This document shows positions 22,785 to 33,440 of a DNA stretch of 64,000 nt, one piece after another. The first letter of the stretch is position 1. Each line of letters opens with the position of its first letter. Below the pieces are notes generated by a model. It had not been told where the DNA came from. It did not search any database and saw only the letters and a program-made list of their open reading frames with translations. Source of the DNA: Piedraia hortae CBS 480.64. Its lineage: Eukaryota. The DNA lies in NCBI GenBank assembly GCA_010093745.1, contig MU005963.1, positions 144,217-208,216 on the forward strand, read 5' to 3'. Both the position numbers and the translations under genes were made by a program.

Positions 22785-22811
22785 CCCCCCCCCCAAAAAA
22801 AAAAAAAAAAA
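22785..22811. repeat. C10-A17 homopolymer tract
   Basis: Direct reading of the sequence. Confidence 0.9.
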
Positions 22812-22919
22812 CTCTCAACGGCTAAAGTTTGGGTTTAGCTCAGATAGTTGGATGCAATTGCACCTACGTCGCAGCCACAGCTTATCGTCCATCGAATCAT
22901 TATACACTAACAGCTTCTC

Positions 22920-25900
22920 CTACCCTCCCCTCTGCCTTCCCTCCATCCTCGCCCTCAACGCCTCAATAACATCTAGCCCTAACCACCTCAGTTTTCCCCC
23001 ATCCTCTTCCCTCGCACGTTCCGCCCACGCAAAGAGTACCCTTAAATTCCACAACTCATCCCTCTCATCGCTCATCACGGCCCTCTGTAGCGCCATACGA
23101 TCATCAACCACCGTCCCACGCTCACTCGCATGGACTGCATTATGTGGGTCTGGTGGGAGAACAACCTCCACGTCTGATTTATCTATTTCCTGGAAAGCTG
23201 GGAGCTTAAGCATAGACTGCCAGCCCTCGGTATTCGACTGTGATGCTTGGGCATCGTTGAGCGCCATTGCCAAGGTGGCGCCGTAGGTGGTATCATGGGC
23301 TTCGCCGGCGGGACACTTGCGTACGAAGACGGTTTGGTTTGATTTGAACGCTACTAGGTGGGCAGGGTTGCCGGCAAAGTCGAGTGTGACTTTCCAGTAG
23401 GCTGGGTCGGCCGTTTCGACGGATTCGATTTGGTCAAGTTCGGGGAGGAGGCAGGGTGCGGTAAGGGTTCGGGGTAGGCGGCCGTCTCGCATACGGACGT
23501 GGACGGGCATTTGGATGGGTCGGTGGGTGTCAACGTCTTGAATTACGAGACACCGGGTTTCGGCTGCCAAGACCCAGAAGTGGCGGAAGGCTTGGAGGTG
23601 TACGCTGTTGTCTAAGACCTCGTTGGGAAAGTTGGGATAGAATGCGAGCATGAGAGCGGCAATGGCTAGGTTGGAGGTGCCGAAGGTCTGTGTGCCTCCC
23701 GCGAGGAAGAGGGCTCCAATGGCCATGTGTGCTGCGAGATGCGAGCCATAAGATGTTTCGGCGTTTGTACGCCCGTGAAGACGCCGAAGGTAGCGGAATG
23801 TCTGAAGATCGCCTGTCCCAGCCATCACAGTGGCGGCTGAGAGCAGCAGCATGTCGATGCACCGACGAACTGTTGATCGAGTGATTTTCGCATTGTAGAA
23901 TATGGCATCACCGCTGACGTGGTAAAAGGCATCAACTACTGCCAGTATCTGATCCCGTGCTTCGATGCAGCCGGTGCCGGCATACTTCAGTCCAAGTGCC
24001 CACGCGAGCCCAGTGATGATGTTGTAAAATGGCACATCCGACGTGCTCAATGGATGCTTACCAAGGCTCTTTTGAATCTGCTCTAACCGGCCTTTGTAAA
24101 TGCTGGGCAACTGAGCTTCGATCCAATTAGAACCCTGAGCGTCAATGTCATCCCACATGATAATATGCCTGGCCATGGCACGTAGCATGAGCATGTCTGG
24201 CCGAACATGTTCAAATTGGGTCTCGGAGTCGGGAATATCCACCTTCTTGGCTACTGCTGTGTCGCCTGATTTCATCCAAACTAAGGCTACTGCGATAATA
24301 GCGCCCGCCGTGGCCCGGTCGAATACATGGACAGCATTTACAGGTCGTGGCCCAATAGCCATACCAAGTAATCTTTCTGGTAAATGAATTCCATGAAGCC
24401 CCTTGAGTTCACGGCCTTGGCTCAGATTTATCAGCCCCAGTGCAAATCCAGCAGCGAGCCGGTACGACTCGTCACGCAACTGGTCTGGCCCACTATCCGG
24501 GTCTTCCAGTTCCATGTACTCAATTTCAGACAGCATCACTTCAGTCATGCGACGGTGCTGTGTATTATGGTAAAGCAATCCGATCCCCACAAGTCCAGCC
24601 GTCTGTGTCATTGGAGATACATTGAGCTCCGCCGCACCCACAGGAAGCATGCGGTGGATGTGCACCGAGAGCATGCGGGTTACCAAGCTGTCCATAGTAC
24701 CCAGATGCGAGGCCGAAAGACCCAGCAACAGACCAATGGACGTCATGGTGTGTATAGGAGTCAGATACTTGAATGAGATCCATTTAGCAAGTGAGCGCAG
24801 ATGCCCGCCAAGTCCAAGTGCCAGTAAGAGCCCAGCATGGCGATTGGTGAGCTCAGACGGCTTATTGAAGGCAATCCATGATGTATCAATCCCTTTTGCT
24901 TTGCGTGAAATGCGCAGTCCAGCCGCAGCACCAGCATGAAAATACGCCCAGCTGAACTTGTCCTCGCTAATTCCCGCTCTATCGATTGTGAGGCTCGTGC
25001 CCATGGGTTGCATAAGCACGCTGGCAGTAAAGCCCTGCGTCATATATCTCTCTGTCAACAGCGGCCTGATGCTGTCGTAATGGATCATGCCATGTCCCGC
25101 CGGGAGGGCCATCATGCGAAGAGCTATCCACTGAATGGCACGTCGTTGACGATGCAAGTGCTCCGCGTCATCCCATTCCGGTTTTTTCGGACATTGACCA
25201 ATTTGCGTGCTGCCATAGTGGACGAGATTCACCGCTTCCACGAGCCTACGATCTTCATTAAAGATTAGCTGTGACACAGCGTGCCGGCTCCAGGCTCTTG
25301 TCTTGACCATCGGCGGGTTATGCTCAAGGGAATGGCAGATTGCTTGAATGTCTCGAGGAGGCACGGCAGTTGGGGCATGCAAACCAGTGTTTCTTGCAAT
25401 GTCTCGGACCAGATCATTACGCCCAACAAGCTGGAGTAGGTCAGGCGACCACGTTGTTGGCGGATCTCGCTCACATCTCACAGCGGCTTCTTTCAGCGGT
25501 GCACCTATTGCCTCTGGCAGGGTTTCCAGAACACAGCTGTCGATGCCCGCTTGTGCCATCAGCTCCACGGTGCTCGCAGGACCAACCGAAAGCCCGGCAG
25601 TTTCTGCAATCACTCTAGACAACGCACAGAGCCGGGGCGTTAGTTGATTGGTAACTGCTGTAAAAGTAGTCGAAACCGTTGCGTGGTCCATCCCGGCAAT
25701 GACGGCCAGCAGTGGATACCGCTCTGTCGTCTGCTGCTTCAGCACAAACTCGAACCACTGAAACACGCTGACTGGCTGCCTCATGATTGGCAACTGAGCA
25801 TTCTGGGAAGAAGATGGCTTTAAATAGGCCATTTGCCCTTCGCTTACAGCTTCAAACCCATAATACATGCCTCGAGACAGACCCCATTCTCTGAGACCAA

Positions 25901-28574
25901 GCAGAGTTCCAAGCTGTGCAATGACAGACGCAACCGTGGCCTGCTTGGGGTCAATCGTTGAAAGTGTGCACAGTTTTTGTTCCTCGCGGAATATGTGCAG
26001 CCCTAGCATAAGGCGAACAGCACAAGACGCTGCATGTTCTCTATTGCTGTTCGAAGGGCTCAGTTGCTCAGCTACACCTGCTGCGATCACCAGTAGCTGA
26101 TCCTTGAATAGATCTTGCTGTGATCTCGTAGTCGGTGTCATGCTAACTGCTGAGTGTTGCCCCCAAGATTGAGGCGGTGGCATCCATGACCAGATGGCAG
26201 GTGATAGATTGCAATTACCCACTTGCTTCTTGCTTTGTGTTTTGCCTTCCCGCCGGCTCCCTGCAAGCTTGGAGACAGCAGCCTTGGTCTTCGAGTCAAG
26301 CAAGGGAACCGCAAAGCTCATCATGGTAGCAATCCAAGCAACAAATTCGATGCTACTGGAAGTGGCGGCCATAATATCCGGCTTCTGGGCGAGCCAAGCT
26401 GCAGCCTTACACCACAAGTGATAGGCTCGATCAGAGTCTCCAGACGGTAGCACGGCTTGAGTAACCCGCATCAGCTTTGAAACGTAATTGTCTAATGGTT
26501 GAAACTTGACTCGCCTTCGATGGTGAGTCGAAGTTGCGTCAACTTCATCGTAACAGCCTGCAATGCCCGGACATTTGAGCACTACTGGGCCCTCGGGTGC
26601 CGGGAGAACTGTGTCTTGGTCAAAGTTCTGATCGACTCCAAGCAAAGGCGACTGGTACGGAGAATAAGCTCGATAAGGCGGCGAAGCTGGAAGGGGACAG
26701 GGAATTGAATCCTTTGTGGAGAGAGTAAGACCCTGTCCTGCAAACAGTATGCCACGCATTGATCCATCCCGTAATTTTACCATGCTCGGGCAATGGCCCA
26801 AACAAGTCTCACCATTGACCATGGGTATGGCAACATGAGGTGACTTGGTGAACTCTGGCCACAACGCACGCAATGTAACTGTCAACTGTATGCATTGCAC
26901 TAGCCCCGAAATTTTTTCATGAATGTAAACGTTCAGCTTCTGGTCATCGCTGTCCATTAAAGGATGGTTCTCGGCTAACGTGGCAACTTCAAAATCTTTG
27001 GCTCCAGCTCGAGAAGCGGGGTCAAAGGATATGGGCCGAGATTGCAGCTTCCGCACCATCAATTCCCGCCTGAACCTGCTGACGGCACTGCCAAAGACAT
27101 TGTCCACACTGTCAGTTTCATGCGTCAGTCTCATGTGGCGAATCACGTTCTCGATGGCGTCTCCGTCAATGTCCATATCCGGAAAGTCATCGTACGGCCC
27201 GATGCTGCGACTGAACACGCTGCCAGGGGTTGATGCACGACTTATCCGTGGACCCAGGCTCTGTCGTTCTCCAAACGATGCATTCCGTCGACCAACCCCG
27301 ACAAAGCTGGCGTTGGCATTCAGGCTGGTTCTAAAATCTGAATTCAACGAACTTATTCTCCGACTCTCCCGCCTGGGTCGCTGAGACACTGGCAATTGGT
27401 AATCCGGATCCATTTGTGAGGCCATGGACGCCTCTTCATCTTGTCTTGTCTTCTTCGACGCCGATCGTATTCCATGCGGCTCTTTCCGAACACGCAAAGT
27501 TGCAGGTGCGGGTAAACTTACTCTTCCAGGGTCACGTTTGGGCATTGTAGGTGTTGCCGTGCCTGAATTAAGACTTGTATTCAAAAAAGAGCTGCGGCAT
27601 TTCGTTTTCGCAGCCCGCAGGTCCCCATGTTGTTCCATAAGGTCGTGAAGCGACTGTTCCCCAACATACCAGGCGTGCCAGAGAGACACAGTTTGGTTAT
27701 CGTTATTCACAGTGACTAGAAGCATCAAGCTTGCCCCGAATTGACTCTCGGCAAGTTCGTCAGCAGCTGATGCATATACCAACTCTTCGCCCACATCCAA
27801 GGTCTCAAAATCCACTTGGGTTCCGGTTCGACGCTGACCGAGTTGTCGTGGCTTTTGATGCCGCCGACAAAATGAAAGCACACCAAAGTCAGAGAGCGGA
27901 TTCGCGAACGAGTATAAAGGAGCATAATCTGCTTCGGCTTCCAGGCCAACTTTTTCAAATGCTTCTGCAAAAAGAGAGTCCAGGCCCGAAGCTACACCGC
28001 TTGGTCGGGTCGGATGCGAAGCTCGTAAACTTTTGGTAACGCTTGGTGACTGTAAAAACGACGGATAGCTGGAAGGAGCGGATGCCTGAGTCGTTTGCGT
28101 CCATAGTTGTTTTCGTTGCAGAATGCACCCACGAAAGGCAGGAAAGATGCGGGCAACTTCAAATGGCAAATCGACGATATGATGAGTGCCTGGAAGGAAA
28201 TAAATGTGGAGCTTGGTCCGGAGGAGAACCACCAAAGCCCGGGAAACTTTGTCCGGTTTGGCTGTACCGGCAGAGACATTTGAGCGATTGTACTGAGCAC
28301 TGGGCTCGGTTGAAAACCATGTTATAATTGCTTGTGCCACATCTTCGCCTTCCAGATGGAATTGGTAAATGTTCCGCAGAAAAGCTCCGCGGGACCACGC
28401 AACGCAGTTTTTCGTTACCAACAGCTCTTCCTCAACATCTTCCTGTCCATCATTAAAGACATATGTCTGCCATGAGTAATGACTCGTATCTGCATCCTCT
28501 GGCAGGAGGCTTTCTCGAATCAGATCGTGAAGTGCTACGGGGAAATGAACGCCCCATGACTCTACGCGAGCCAT
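22920..28574 (-). CDS. APC1: Anaphase-promoting complex subunit 1 (BimE/Cut4)
   Basis: 1884-aa ORF; EEELLVTKNCVAWSRG N-terminus, PC repeats (FHAGAAAGL, HAGLLLALGLGGHL, ESYRLAAGFALGLI), HLQAFRHFWVLAAE. Confidence 0.95.
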   Translation of the reverse strand: MARVESWGVHFPVALHDLIRESLLPEDADTSHYSWQTYVFNDGQEDVEEELLVTKNCVAWSRGAFLRNIYQFHLEGEDVAQAIITWFSTEPSAQYNRSNVSAGTAKPDKVSRALVVLLRTKLHIYFLPGTHHIVDLPFEVARIFPAFRGCILQRKQLWTQTTQASAPSSYPSFLQSPSVTKSLRASHPTRPSGVASGLDSLFAEAFEKVGLEAEADYAPLYSFANPLSDFGVLSFCRRHQKPRQLGQRRTGTQVDFETLDVGEELVYASAADELAESQFGASLMLLVTVNNDNQTVSLWHAWYVGEQSLHDLMEQHGDLRAAKTKCRSSFLNTSLNSGTATPTMPKRDPGRVSLPAPATLRVRKEPHGIRSASKKTRQDEEASMASQMDPDYQLPVSQRPRRESRRISSLNSDFRTSLNANASFVGVGRRNASFGERQSLGPRISRASTPGSVFSRSIGPYDDFPDMDIDGDAIENVIRHMRLTHETDSVDNVFGSAVSRFRRELMVRKLQSRPISFDPASRAGAKDFEVATLAENHPLMDSDDQKLNVYIHEKISGLVQCIQLTVTLRALWPEFTKSPHVAIPMVNGETCLGHCPSMVKLRDGSMRGILFAGQGLTLSTKDSIPCPLPASPPYRAYSPYQSPLLGVDQNFDQDTVLPAPEGPVVLKCPGIAGCYDEVDATSTHHRRRVKFQPLDNYVSKLMRVTQAVLPSGDSDRAYHLWCKAAAWLAQKPDIMAATSSSIEFVAWIATMMSFAVPLLDSKTKAAVSKLAGSRREGKTQSKKQVGNCNLSPAIWSWMPPPQSWGQHSAVSMTPTTRSQQDLFKDQLLVIAAGVAEQLSPSNSNREHAASCAVRLMLGLHIFREEQKLCTLSTIDPKQATVASVIAQLGTLLGLREWGLSRGMYYGFEAVSEGQMAYLKPSSSQNAQLPIMRQPVSVFQWFEFVLKQQTTERYPLLAVIAGMDHATVSTTFTAVTNQLTPRLCALSRVIAETAGLSVGPASTVELMAQAGIDSCVLETLPEAIGAPLKEAAVRCERDPPTTWSPDLLQLVGRNDLVRDIARNTGLHAPTAVPPRDIQAICHSLEHNPPMVKTRAWSRHAVSQLIFNEDRRLVEAVNLVHYGSTQIGQCPKKPEWDDAEHLHRQRRAIQWIALRMMALPAGHGMIHYDSIRPLLTERYMTQGFTASVLMQPMGTSLTIDRAGISEDKFSWAYFHAGAAAGLRISRKAKGIDTSWIAFNKPSELTNRHAGLLLALGLGGHLRSLAKWISFKYLTPIHTMTSIGLLLGLSASHLGTMDSLVTRMLSVHIHRMLPVGAAELNVSPMTQTAGLVGIGLLYHNTQHRRMTEVMLSEIEYMELEDPDSGPDQLRDESYRLAAGFALGLINLSQGRELKGLHGIHLPERLLGMAIGPRPVNAVHVFDRATAGAIIAVALVWMKSGDTAVAKKVDIPDSETQFEHVRPDMLMLRAMARHIIMWDDIDAQGSNWIEAQLPSIYKGRLEQIQKSLGKHPLSTSDVPFYNIITGLAWALGLKYAGTGCIEARDQILAVVDAFYHVSGDAIFYNAKITRSTVRRCIDMLLLSAATVMAGTGDLQTFRYLRRLHGRTNAETSYGSHLAAHMAIGALFLAGGTQTFGTSNLAIAALMLAFYPNFPNEVLDNSVHLQAFRHFWVLAAETRCLVIQDVDTHRPIQMPVHVRMRDGRLPRTLTAPCLLPELDQIESVETADPAYWKVTLDFAGNPAHLVAFKSNQTVFVRKCPAGEAHDTTYGATLAMALNDAQASQSNTEGWQSMLKLPAFQEIDKSDVEVVLPPDPHNAVHASERGTVVDDRMALQRAVMSDERDELWNLRVLFAWAERAREEDGGKLRWLGLDVIEALRARMEGRQRGG

Positions 28575-28656
28575 TCGATATTGTTTTCATCCACAAGCAC
28601 TTTTCTGGGCCATTTGTTGTCAGTGTTGATGTGCAACTGACGTAAGCGTAACGGGC

Positions 28657-28731
28657 GTCACTGATGACATTCAACAGCTCTTATGTAAGACGCGTGTCAC
28701 TAAGGACATTTGACAGCTCTTACGTAAGACG
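28657..28731. repeat. Imperfect 39-bp tandem duplication in the APC1/NUP37 divergent promoter
   Basis: GTCACTGATGACATTCAACAGCTCTTATGTAAGACG (28657) vs GTCACTAAGGACATTTGACAGCTCTTACGTAAGACG (28696). Confidence 0.85.
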
Positions 28732-28828
28732 TATCTACGCGACATCACTCCAGGAAGGTCTTATACTGCAAAAGCCTGGTCGATTTTACGGTTGTTAAAT
28801 CTGATTGTTGCGGCGTTTCTGAGTTACA

Positions 28829-30463
28829 ATGGAAGCGCGGGTTTTCCGCAGCGACCGTCGCGTCCACCTGAGGTAAGTCATGCATGATTGGACGAAAGAA
28901 GGCATTGGCTTACGCGTCTACAGCTACGAGGTCCGCCATCGGATACACGCGGCACAGGTTTACCCCGTCACTGCCCCTAACGGCTCCACAGTCATCATCT
29001 ATGGCCATGACGGGGGTCTACGCCTGCTCTGGAGGGGCGGAAAGCAGCCGTCCGAAGATGGCGGCGATGGAACCGAAGAGATTGACGTCGACTGCCCCTA
29101 CCCAAGCATCTGGCGGGAAGTAAACGTTGACTTGGAGGCTGAGGTGCAGCATCTTGCTATTCCGTCGTTGTCTTCCAGTCTACCGCCCCGCACGGCGCAG
29201 ACGCTGCAGCAATATGGCGTCGTTGCAGTTGCTTGTTCTGACGGCAGCCAGCGCGTGCTGACCTTTTCGCTGTCCCCTCCAAGCGCCTATGAGGCGGATA
29301 CGTATGCAAAAAATATTCGCGGCACCCAGGTTAAATTCCCAGGCGAAACGCCATGTCTCGGCATCAGCGCCAAGATCATCGTGTCAGCTGAACATGCATC
29401 GAGCGGCAGCCGTACTAAGCCTACGAGCGACTTCCTGTTTGCGGCAGCCACGCCAGCCACTCTGCATGTCCGCCGCATCTCTGTCTTTGACGAGTTGACG
29501 GCGACGTCGCAGGAGCCTGAGTCGTGGGAAGTGCAATTACCGTGCCGCCCGTTGCGTGTAGTTTTCCATCCCTCGGCCATGTCAACAATACTGCTAGTGG
29601 CTGACGTATCCGGTGCAGTACGTCTTTACGACGCCAGGCCATCAGATGCAGATTTTATGTCGCCTGGGCGGTGGCTATTTACTTATCAAACACCCTTCCA
29701 CACAGACTCCCGCGGGCGGGTAAGACGAAAGCCTATTCTAGACGCAAAGTGGGCTCTTAGCGGGACGACAGTATTAGTTTTGCTATCAGACGGCGAATGC
29801 GGGGTGTGGGCCTGGACAGCCTCAATCCCACGCGGCAGCAGCATCGATGAATTCGTTCAGCGAGGCTCTTTACGTCAAAGTCATGATACGTCAGTCGAGT
29901 TGGGTGCCCCCAAGGGACGAGGCTCAAAACTTGCGCCTATGACCCCCAACACGCGCAAAGTAAAGTCAGAAGTGCTGTTCTACGGCAGCCCGCAGGAGAC
30001 CAAATCATGTCCCCGTGGCGGCATCATGGTTGGTGCCTCGAAAATGCGCAACGAACATTTTGATGAGACTGCTCTGATATGGTACAATGGTCAGGTCTAC
30101 CTGATTACGAGCATGCAGTCCTGGTGGCAGAGAGCCACTGTCTACGGTTCTCTGCATGCTCCTGGTCTTACACATCTCCCAGATGTTCGTCTCGGGCATG
30201 AGCTGCTGACTTCAGTCTCTTTATTCTCACCAGACCAGTCAGGGTCAGTGGTCATCAACACTCGTCCAGACCTGCTTGTCTGCGCAGAGCACCGTTTCAT
30301 AATCGTTCAGACAGTTCGAGCAGCGCCTCAGCCTGCAGACCCGGTGACACCTCCAGAAACTGAAGAAATGCGTCTCGGAACAGCTCAACTGGACCTTGGA
30401 GGCGTAGACCGCGCTCTGGACCGCTTAATAGACGACAGACCCCGACGTGTTGGGTTTGTTTAA
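28829..30463 (+). CDS. NUP37: Nucleoporin Nup37-like beta-propeller; intron 28873-28923
   Basis: MEARVFRSDRRVHLS|YEVRHRIHAAQVYPVTAPNGSTVIIYGH..LLWRGG, ILDAKWAL, KLAPMTPNTRK as in filamentous-fungal Nup37; GTAAGT...CAG intron keeps frame. Confidence 0.75.
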
Positions 30464-30696
30464 TAAATATTTCAATTAGTATGATACCCATTTGCTCTGT
30501 TATCCCATCCGCACAGCAAGGTGGAGCCCTTTCTTAGATTGATGAATGCTAGGCTCAGTATTCTGTGCGGAAGATTGACACTCTTTTATCGTCAAGTCGA
30601 TGAATACGCCGTTGGTAGCAATAACCACACTACTGGGCTCAATCCATCTGGTAGGACCGCGACAATACGGCGACAACTTCTATCCAAGTAGAATGA

Positions 30697-32496
30697 TCAA
30701 TCCAGAATCGTTCCAACATACCCTTCCAGCCCCCCAACACCTTTCTCCCCTCTCCCCTCCCCTCCCCAAAGAGCCTTTCCCCCATCAGCCATAACAAGTG
30801 CCTGTTCCCCCACAGGCATGACCTCATGACCGTCCAACTTCAACCTAACCAACCCATCCTCCTCAACATCAGTCACCGTCGCCGCTGCACGCACACTAGC
30901 CACATAAACCACAACCCTATTCCCCACCGCCAACGCTCCCTTCTCCAACCCCTTCAACCTCGTCGCGAACGTGACCCTCGTCTCCGGCGGGGGCTGCGGC
31001 GCAAGAACCATGCCCCTACGAACATTTTCCAACCCCTCCGTGGGCGCAACAACGACCGTCCCAGCCTGATCCTGGCGAAGCCACGGAACGGGGAGCCTCA
31101 AATTTCTGATCCCCAAAACCGTAACATTCTTCCACTCCGGGAACGGGCCTAGAACCAGCCGATCGCCCACCGAAAGCTGTCCGCTGCGTAACCTCCCCGC
31201 AACAACAATCCCATTAGCGTCTGCGGGACGGAGGTATACATCCTCGATGTGAAACATCGTCGTCCCCGACGCCGGAGGCGGAGGTGAAATAGGAAGATGC
31301 CACAGCAGAGCATGCAACAGCGCGATTCCATCGCCTCTTACAGCGCTCGTAAGCAGAACCGGGACGGTTCTGTCGGTGACAGTTGGGAGGTTCATCTCCG
31401 GAATCCGCTGTGTAGGTTCATCGGGTCCCTCAGCGGGGAGCATAGCAGGCACCCTACCCACGGATTTGAGCCCATCGAGGACGTTGCTAAGAATCTGACG
31501 GAGGCGGGGTTTGACTGCTTTGTCGAGGCGTGTGATTACGATGACGAGTTGGAGGTCAAGTTTGAGGCAGAGACGGAGGTACGCGTTGCAGAGGTTTGTT
31601 TCTTCGTCAGCGTCTGCGGGTAGGCAGAGTAAAGTCCAGTGCGGTGCGCAGCCTACCAGTCCACGTACCGTGGTGCGTTGGTACCGCGGATGGCCGGCCG
31701 AGTCAGCGAGTAGGACGAGCCGGCCTTTGGCCGTTTGTGCGTGGATGTCTGTCCATGAGCTTACGCCGGGTAGGGCATAGTTGATAATTCCCACACCGTC
31801 GGTGGGTACGTATCCCAACAATTCGTGGGAGACGGAACTCGTCATACCGGAGTCGACTTCGTGGCGGTGCTTGAGCATCGCGACGCGGCTGCGTCCGCGG
31901 CCGTTGTCGAGCGTTGATGTTGTGAGTGTTCCAAGGAGGGTAGACTTTCCGCTCATGCTTGGCCCCACGAGTGTTACGCGCAGCTGGGCGTGTTCGCCTT
32001 CGGGTTTGGATAGGGAGGGTTTGACTAGCGCTTCAACGACAAATTTCTCGTTTAGTTTTTCGGTGCGGAAAATGTGGACAGTACAGCCTAGTCTAGCGGC
32101 CATTTGGTATAGTGTTTCGAGACTTTCCTCCATTTCGTGGGCGGTTAGTCCGACCAAGGTTCCATCGTCTGCGACTCCGATTTCGTAGAGAGCGCCTCTT
32201 GGTTCCGATCCCCCGACTGAGAATGAATGACAGGCTGACTGCTGCAGTCGCCATAGTAATTGCGTAGTGAGGTTTTCTAGACGAAGGTCTCGCGACTGGC
32301 TTCCCACTGGGTGGCCTTGGAGTAGTAAATGCTGCTTGTATTCTACCGGTCCGTCGTGCGGTTCGGGGTGTAGGCGAATAGGTACGTCTTCTCCTTTGGT
32401 TTGGATACAATGCCAGGGCGAGGGGAGACTAGCAGCCTCCGCCGTCAAGGAGGTAGCCATAGGGTCAGAGGTCGGGTTACTCGTAGAGGAAGACAT
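30697..32496 (-). CDS. GTPBP2: GTPBP1/2-like translational GTPase
   Basis: GPVEYK and GALYEIGVADDG N-domain; G1 GPSMSGKSTLL, LDNGRGRSR, HRHEVDSGMTSS, G3 DSAGH, RTTVRGL, G5 TSAV; EF-Tu-like barrels. Confidence 0.88.
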   Translation of the reverse strand: MSSSTSNPTSDPMATSLTAEAASLPSPWHCIQTKGEDVPIRLHPEPHDGPVEYKQHLLLQGHPVGSQSRDLRLENLTTQLLWRLQQSACHSFSVGGSEPRGALYEIGVADDGTLVGLTAHEMEESLETLYQMAARLGCTVHIFRTEKLNEKFVVEALVKPSLSKPEGEHAQLRVTLVGPSMSGKSTLLGTLTTSTLDNGRGRSRVAMLKHRHEVDSGMTSSVSHELLGYVPTDGVGIINYALPGVSSWTDIHAQTAKGRLVLLADSAGHPRYQRTTVRGLVGCAPHWTLLCLPADADEETNLCNAYLRLCLKLDLQLVIVITRLDKAVKPRLRQILSNVLDGLKSVGRVPAMLPAEGPDEPTQRIPEMNLPTVTDRTVPVLLTSAVRGDGIALLHALLWHLPISPPPPASGTTMFHIEDVYLRPADANGIVVAGRLRSGQLSVGDRLVLGPFPEWKNVTVLGIRNLRLPVPWLRQDQAGTVVVAPTEGLENVRRGMVLAPQPPPETRVTFATRLKGLEKGALAVGNRVVVYVASVRAAATVTDVEEDGLVRLKLDGHEVMPVGEQALVMADGGKALWGGEGRGEKGVGGLEGYVGTILD

Positions 32497-32669
32497 GATG
32501 ACATTGTTCTTAACATTGCGAATGAGTGTGTTTGCTGACTACCAGCAGTGACGGGTAGTCGTTAACATCTTTACGATTGTGATCTAAGCTGTGATGCCAT
32601 GACACGGAAATTTTTCGGAACGTTGAGGTCAAGTATTACGGTTACTCATTACACCCTTCAGCAGAGGGG

Positions 32670-33122
32670 TCAAGAAGTCCCATATCCCATCGCGCTCTTC
32701 CACCACCCAAACACCCTCCTCCGCACCATCCGTCTCGCGAACTCGGTCATCTCACCTGTTTCTCCAAAGGAACTGCCACCCTCCGCAGCGCCGCCCTTGG
32801 GTAGAACATCCTTGTTCACCTCCCCGTCCTCTTCCCTCCTCAACGGCGCAGGTCGCCGTAACATTTCAAAATCCTTATACCTTAATCTCTACTTCATCAG
32901 CTAGCACATTCCCTAGGATATGAATGTATAACATACGCGCACGACCTCAACCCAATCACGAACCCCCTCCTCCTCCCCCTCAACATACATAATCCCCGGG
33001 GAGAGATTTTTCCCACATCTAAGCTCAACAATAACCTGTAATTCCTTTGCGGCTTTTTGTAACCGCTGTACTTTCTGCCGCGAGGTGATGTGGTGTGTTT
33101 TTATAAGTGCGTTCCACGACAT
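32670..33122 (-). CDS. Small DUF1115/RWDD2 C-terminal-like protein; intron 32936-32889
   Basis: ALIKTHHITSRQK...PGIMYVEGEEEGVRDWVEVVR|RLRYKDF...WWKSAMGY; 48-nt GTATGT...GCTGAT...TAG intron joins the two ORFs in frame. Confidence 0.75.
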
Positions 33123-33440
33123 GTTTTGCTCCAAAACGTGTTGTGTGCAGAATGAAACATCAAACTTTCTCAGATTACCCACATGGAATTTCCCGCAAGG
33201 CTAGAAGCACAGATACACACCTAAACGATAGCAATTGTACAATGCAACGGAAAGAAGAAGAAGAAAAAGTCTCAGCCCCGCGCAATGCCTTAACCAAAAT
33301 AAACTCTTACATAAAACGAAAAAAGAAGCACCACCGTGTGAGGGTGTCATTTTCAGAAAAACTCTTTTCTTGTTTCCAAGGAAAAAAAAATTGCTGTGGA
33401 GAGATTATGTTGTTGTGTAGAGGGAAAGAAGTGTCACAGT

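Noticed and set aside
13307..22900. Starship/giant transposon call for island 1
   Set aside because: No tyrosine-recombinase captain gene or bounding direct repeats were visible.
31520..31545. GTPBP2 G4 motif reads ITRLD instead of TKxD
   Set aside because: Single conservative K>R change with the other G motifs intact; not enough to claim altered function.
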